A program made the position numbers and the translations under genes. The notes under the pieces are model-generated. The model was not told the origin of the DNA. It searched no databases and saw only the letters and a list, made by a program, of their open reading frames with translations. Positions 59,805 to 64,000 of a stretch of 64,000 bases of DNA are shown piece by piece (within the stretch, counting starts at the first letter, position 1; every line of letters starts with the position of its first letter). Source of the DNA: an uncultured Prevotella sp. (GTDB taxonomy: Bacteria > Bacteroidota > Bacteroidia > Bacteroidales > Bacteroidaceae); assembly GCA_900553595.1 (NCBI GenBank), contig USEC01000005.1:2931-66930 (forward strand), given 5' to 3'.

Positions 59805-61022
59805 TCACCGCTTCATCGCCCCCACAATCTCGCCGACATACTCCGTATGCACGTTTCCGTTCGTCTCGGGGTTTGCATAGAAGTCGCGCGGCACATCGTC
59901 GCGGAATCCTGTGCGCACGAACGGATGGGAATACATTGTGCGGCACTCTATGACGAGCGACGCCTCGCGGTAGTAGGGCGTGCCGTTCCGGGTGTATGCC
60001 AGATGCAGTCCGAGTGCCTTGGCCTTGTCGCCGTCGCGCCCGCTGTGCCTACCCATGTAGTCGGGGATGTCGTTGTCGTCGAACTTCATTATGGTGAAGT
60101 AAGGCGACTGCTCCATGAACCGGTGCGTATAACGGTCGCTGCGCACATAGACGGTGGCTGCCGGCTTGCTCCAGAGCGTGCCGAGTGCGCCCCATCCTAT
60201 CGTCATTGCGTTGGCGGCCTTTCTGTCGCCGGCGCACAGAACAAGCCCGTGTCCTCTGAACCAGATAAACGGATTGTCCTTGAAACCGGCTGTAATGTCA
60301 AACTCCTTCAATCCGCCGGCGGCGTCCTTCTGCTTTTTCTCTTGCGTCACGGCATCGGCTGAAGCCTCCGAAAGGTCGGCATCCTGCGTCTCACCATAAG
60401 TGTTGTATGAGATGTTCTCTGCCTTGAACTTGTCCTTCGGCTGCGGATTCTCCGCCGGATAGCCCATCACTACGACATTGAGCGGAATGATGTTGTCTGG
60501 CAAAGAGAGTATCTTCCTCACCCCTTCGACACGTTCTTCCGACGGATAACAGCCCGTCCAGACAGCCCCCAACCCCATGGCGTGGGCGGCAAGCAGCAGG
60601 TTTTCGGTGGCGGCGGAAGCATCCTGTATCCAGAAGTCGCGCCCCTTCCCCTCGATAGCCTTGTCCATGTCGCCGCAGACGACAACTGCAAGCGGAGCCT
60701 TTCTGAGCATCTTCGCATAAGGGTTGGCCTCGCTGAGAGCGTCAAGCACACTGCGCCTGTCCACGACTATGAAGTGCCACGGTTGGCGATTCATTGCCGT
60801 CGGTGCCGACATAGCCGCACGCAGCATTTTCTCCACCTTTTCCTTTTCCACGGGCTTGCCGTCGTAGTCGCGTATGCTGGTGCGTGTCGCGATGTTGTCG
60901 AGCACCGCCTGTTCATCAGTCACCGACTCCTTGGCTTGGGCAACGCCCGACACCAGACGCACGCCGAGCACCACTACGGCTATGGCGAGCACGAAATTGA
61001 GTATCAACGATTTGTTCTGCAT
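59805..61022 (-). CDS. Membrane-anchored nitroreductase - flavin reductase-like fusion protein
   Basis: N-terminal hydrophobic anchor; nitroreductase motifs RTSIRDY, APTAMNRQPW and LAAHAMGLGAVW; flavin reductase/flavoredoxin motifs NAMTIGWG, RYT, SGRDGDK and HTEYVGEI. Confidence 0.85.
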   Translation of the reverse strand: MQNKSLILNFVLAIAVVVLGVRLVSGVAQAKESVTDEQAVLDNIATRTSIRDYDGKPVEKEKVEKMLRAAMSAPTAMNRQPWHFIVVDRRSVLDALSEANPYAKMLRKAPLAVVVCGDMDKAIEGKGRDFWIQDASAATENLLLAAHAMGLGAVWTGCYPSEERVEGVRKILSLPDNIIPLNVVVMGYPAENPQPKDKFKAENISYNTYGETQDADLSEASADAVTQEKKQKDAAGGLKEFDITAGFKDNPFIWFRGHGLVLCAGDRKAANAMTIGWGALGTLWSKPAATVYVRSDRYTHRFMEQSPYFTIMKFDDNDIPDYMGRHSGRDGDKAKALGLHLAYTRNGTPYYREASLVIECRTMYSHPFVRTGFRDDVPRDFYANPETNGNVHTEYVGEIVGAMKR

Positions 61023-61041
61023 AATGTTCTTTTCTGTTGTT

Positions 61042-62148
61042 CTAAATCTTTATCAATTCTCCCGTGGGACATACAAAACGGCAATAGGGACGAGGAACCC
61101 ATACCGACAGGACGAGGAACGCCGCTGCCGCCACTACTACCCACACCGAAGCCGAACTGTAAACGAACGCCGTGAACAGCTCGTAATCCACCCATGCCGT
61201 CCAAGTGCCCGTGAGCATCAGTCCCATGAGCACTCCCCAGAGCAGGTTGCGGAATCCGACAAGCCACCTGTTGAGGCGTGCCGAGGGGCGCAGCTTGCGT
61301 TTCGCGAGCTTTCCTGCCAGTTCCTGTGCCGAGCCGAACGGGCAGATGTTGGCGCAATAATGCCCGCCACGCCCTGCAAGCGGATAGACAAGTGCCACGA
61401 ACACCATCACAAGTGCGGCGGCGAGTGTGCCGAGCGTCGCCCAGTTCACGCCTCCAGCAAAGAGCCGCATGAGCAGGGCGTAGGACACGAACGTGCCGCT
61501 CCACAGTCCGAGCACGACGACATTGAGCGCAAGCTGGGCGTAATGCCAACGGCGGTTGCCCGTGAACAGCGGCACCACTGCACCCGACAGCGTCACGAGC
61601 AACGACATGACGGCAGCCAAAGTCCAGCCCGCCGCCGTGCCCGCCCATGCCTCTGCCGCCCCGGCATCGAAGGCATTCTCCTTGGCGTAGGCGAGTCCGC
61701 GCTTCATGTTTTCTATTATGGCACGCGACGAGAACGTTGCTCCCGACACGGCATCCACCTCTTCGTCAGCAGCCTCATCGATGCCCTTGCCCTGCCAACG
61801 GGTGAAAAGCGTAGCTGCCTTATTGAAGAAATCGGGATTCTCGGAATTGGGCAACGCCTCTATCGCAGCGACGACACCGTCCTTGCTGATGGTTATGCGC
61901 AACGGCACCTGCCCTGCGTAGCCCTGCACATCCTTTGCCAGCGGCTTCGTGAGCACCGTGACCGTGCCGTCTGAGGCGATGCTGAGCGTGTCGCCCTGCA
62001 CCGTCGCCGCCTTACAAGCACGGGCATTGCTTATGTCAAAACCGAATATCCTGCCGTCGCGCAGTATTGTCGCCGCCGCAAGGATGAGCACCACGACGGC
62101 GAGCGATAGAAGTCTGACAATGAACGACTTGCTGTGTTTTTTCTGCAT
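61042..62148 (-). CDS. FMN-binding domain plus NapH/NosR-like 4Fe-4S membrane protein
   Basis: N-terminal TM; GYAG and VDAVSGATFSS flavinylation motif; several TMs; two CxxxCP motifs (YCANICP, YCRFVCP). Confidence 0.87.
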   Translation of the reverse strand: MQKKHSKSFIVRLLSLAVVVLILAAATILRDGRIFGFDISNARACKAATVQGDTLSIASDGTVTVLTKPLAKDVQGYAGQVPLRITISKDGVVAAIEALPNSENPDFFNKAATLFTRWQGKGIDEAADEEVDAVSGATFSSRAIIENMKRGLAYAKENAFDAGAAEAWAGTAAGWTLAAVMSLLVTLSGAVVPLFTGNRRWHYAQLALNVVVLGLWSGTFVSYALLMRLFAGGVNWATLGTLAAALVMVFVALVYPLAGRGGHYCANICPFGSAQELAGKLAKRKLRPSARLNRWLVGFRNLLWGVLMGLMLTGTWTAWVDYELFTAFVYSSASVWVVVAAAAFLVLSVWVPRPYCRFVCPTGELIKI

Positions 62149-62384
62149 TTTCTTGTTTTTTTGTTATTTTATGGTTGCATGTTGTAACCTTAACATCTAC
62201 AAAAATACTAAAAAGACGATATTACCGCAAATTCGTTTTCATGTGTTTTACGGGATATTATAAAACAAAAACCTTTTTTAAACCAGACTCGTCATGTTTT
62301 CAAAACACTGCCGTCCAATAAAGATTTCCTATCTACAGTTAAGAAAACGAAAGCAAAGAAACAGCACCCACAACCAATATTAAA

Positions 62385-62576
62385 CCCAAATCGGTCATTA
62401 TACCGAAACAGGCGTGTTATAAGAGAACATGTCTTTCTTTTCCACTCTTCTCCGCCTTTGTTTCGTCATCTTGCCGCCGTCCGCGTTTCGCCATAGCCGC
62501 TATGCCTTCAACACGAACGTTGCAAGCTGCTCGAAACAAAGACGAAGCTGAGTGAAAATCTAATGACCGATTTGGG
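62385..62576. mobile_element. MITE family A (192 bp; perfect 16-bp TIR; 5-bp TSD TTAAA)
   Basis: cccaaatcggtcatta ... taatgaccgatttggg; TTAAA at 62380-62384 and 62577-62581. Confidence 0.88.
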
Positions 62577-62696
62577 TTAAAGGACAGGAATTGTTTTGAC
62601 AGTGTTGTCGAGCGGGACGCTCAACCTCCTATTGATTACTCAAACAAACACAAGAAAAAACGACCTACAGTTGTCATCATCACCGCAATGATTTCA

Positions 62697-62777
62697 AAAC
62701 AAGACTTCTTTATGTTGCAAACAAGGCTTGTTTGTAACGCAAAGAAGCCTTATTTGCGATGCAAACAAGGCTTCTTT
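62697..62777. repeat. 22-bp-period palindrome array (4 units)
   Basis: aaacaagacttcttt-atgttgc-aaacaaggcttgttt-gtaacgc-aaagaagccttattt-gcgatgc-aaacaaggcttcttt. Confidence 0.9.
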
Positions 62778-62838
62778 TTATGACTATATACAAGTCGTTG
62801 AAAACAAGCGGGTTACACAGTGGCAGCCATAGCGGTTT

Positions 62839-64000
62839 TCATTGTTTTTCGTCAAGCACGCCAAAGAGGTTGCGCTTGGGCATGAGCTTCATGTACTTCT
62901 TGCGCAGCTTCTCGAAAAGACTTATTGTGTCAATCGAAAAACCGTGGCCTTTCCATGTGCTTGTATTGGTAAGCAGAATCCAACACTGACCGTCGGGGTA
63001 GCGCATCACAAGCGCACTCGTGCCGGAAAGCGACCCCGTGCGTATCCACGGACGCCCCACCGGAGTGTAGTTCCAACCCAACGAGTAGTCGCCGGAGGGC
63101 ATCTGCTGCGTCATTGCCTTCACCGACTGCGACGAAATGACATCGGGCAGGACGCTGCAACCGTCTATCGAGGCAATGAGTCTGCTCAGTTCGGCTGCCG
63201 ACGCCGCCCACGCTCCCGCCCCGGCAAGGCGCGGAATGTCGGTGTCGCCATAGCATTTGTCCACTTTCTTGCCGCTGTTGTTATACTCATACACGGGTTC
63301 CGAACCGCCATGCATATAGTAACGCACCTCGTTGGGACGGCGGTCGCGATAGTAAATGCCCGCAATGTGGAAGTCGAAACATCCCGCCGGACGCAGTACC
63401 TTGTCCTGCATGAACTGCTCGTAGCTCATGCCCGACCGCTTCTCTATTATCATCGAGAGGATGGTGTAGCCGAGGTTGGAGTAGCAGCGTCCCGTGCCTG
63501 GCGTATAACCGAGGTGGCGGCGCAGCAGAATGCGCAACAACTCACGGTGCGTGGGAGGCGTGGTCAGACGGTTTTGCATCATGATATAGCGCGTGGACGA
63601 CATGGGGTCGCCGGCGTAGTTGTTGAATCCTGCCTTGTGGCGGAGCAACTGTTCGACGGTGATGTCGTAGTAACGCTTGTCGCGTATGGAGTTGATGTAG
63701 GTCGTGTCGTTGAGTATTCCCTGCGGACCGAACACCTTGTCGCTAAGTTTCAGACGCCCCATTTCCTGCAACTTCATTATTCCCACGGCGGTGACGAGCT
63801 TCGACACCGACGCCATACGCATGATGTGGCAAGGCTCCATAAGCACGTTGCGCTCCTTGTCGGCCCATCCGTAGCCCTTCACATAGAGCAGCGAATCGTT
63901 GCGGGTGACGGCAAGTTGCGCCCCGTTGAGCTCCCACCGCTTCAGATAGCGGCGCATGATGCTGTCCATATCGTGCAGTTCCGGCACATCCACCAATGCG
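62839..64000 (-). CDS. Serine hydrolase, beta-lactamase/AmpC-like family (5' end outside window)
   Basis: SxxK (ASVSK), LLRHKAG, YSN and RTG motifs; the frame stays open to the window edge. Confidence 0.88.
   Translation of the reverse strand, partial: ALVDVPELHDMDSIMRRYLKRWELNGAQLAVTRNDSLLYVKGYGWADKERNVLMEPCHIMRMASVSKLVTAVGIMKLQEMGRLKLSDKVFGPQGILNDTTYINSIRDKRYYDITVEQLLRHKAGFNNYAGDPMSSTRYIMMQNRLTTPPTHRELLRILLRRHLGYTPGTGRCYSNLGYTILSMIIEKRSGMSYEQFMQDKVLRPAGCFDFHIAGIYYRDRRPNEVRYYMHGGSEPVYEYNNSGKKVDKCYGDTDIPRLAGAGAWAASAAELSRLIASIDGCSVLPDVISSQSVKAMTQQMPSGDYSLGWNYTPVGRPWIRTGSLSGTSALVMRYPDGQCWILLTNTSTWKGHGFSIDTISLFEKLRKKYMKLMPKRNLFGVLDEKQ

Noticed and set aside
62839..64000. Antibiotic-resistance beta-lactamase
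   Set aside because: SxxK and YxN motifs are shared by the broad serine hydrolase family, and nothing marks this as a true class A or C beta-lactamase. The gene is also incomplete in the window.

Overview
A 64-kb chromosomal window from a Bacteroidales bacterium, most likely Prevotellaceae. This rests on TAnnTTTG promoters, a T9SS C-terminal domain, signal peptides followed by Gln, and gene content. Most of the window is housekeeping: a 2-oxoacid:ferredoxin oxidoreductase operon, folD, ffh, recQ/recJ, peptidases, trmD, gdhA, a Phe-biosynthesis operon with a Phe-rich leader-peptide attenuator, pyrK/pyrD, ferritin, aroC, slyD, a GH115, tRNA-Phe and mutS2. There is no CRISPR array, integrase or transposase. 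Five features stand out. (1) A translationally coupled pair encodes a secreted TPR protein and a single-pass TIR-TM-periplasmic protein, a candidate trans-envelope TIR signalling or defence module. (2) A CopA-type P1B ATPase has about 19 residues in place of the whole nucleotide-binding (N) domain, while the other catalytic motifs are intact. (3) Eight intergenic arrays repeat a 15-bp palindrome at a 22-bp period, seven of them with exactly four units. (4) A flavinylated membrane Fe-S protein is paired with a membrane-anchored nitroreductase-flavin reductase fusion. (5) The window also holds several MITE-like families, two sRNA candidates, and a 36-aa sORF led by a Shine-Dalgarno sequence. All calls come from reading motifs by eye; no database searches were run.
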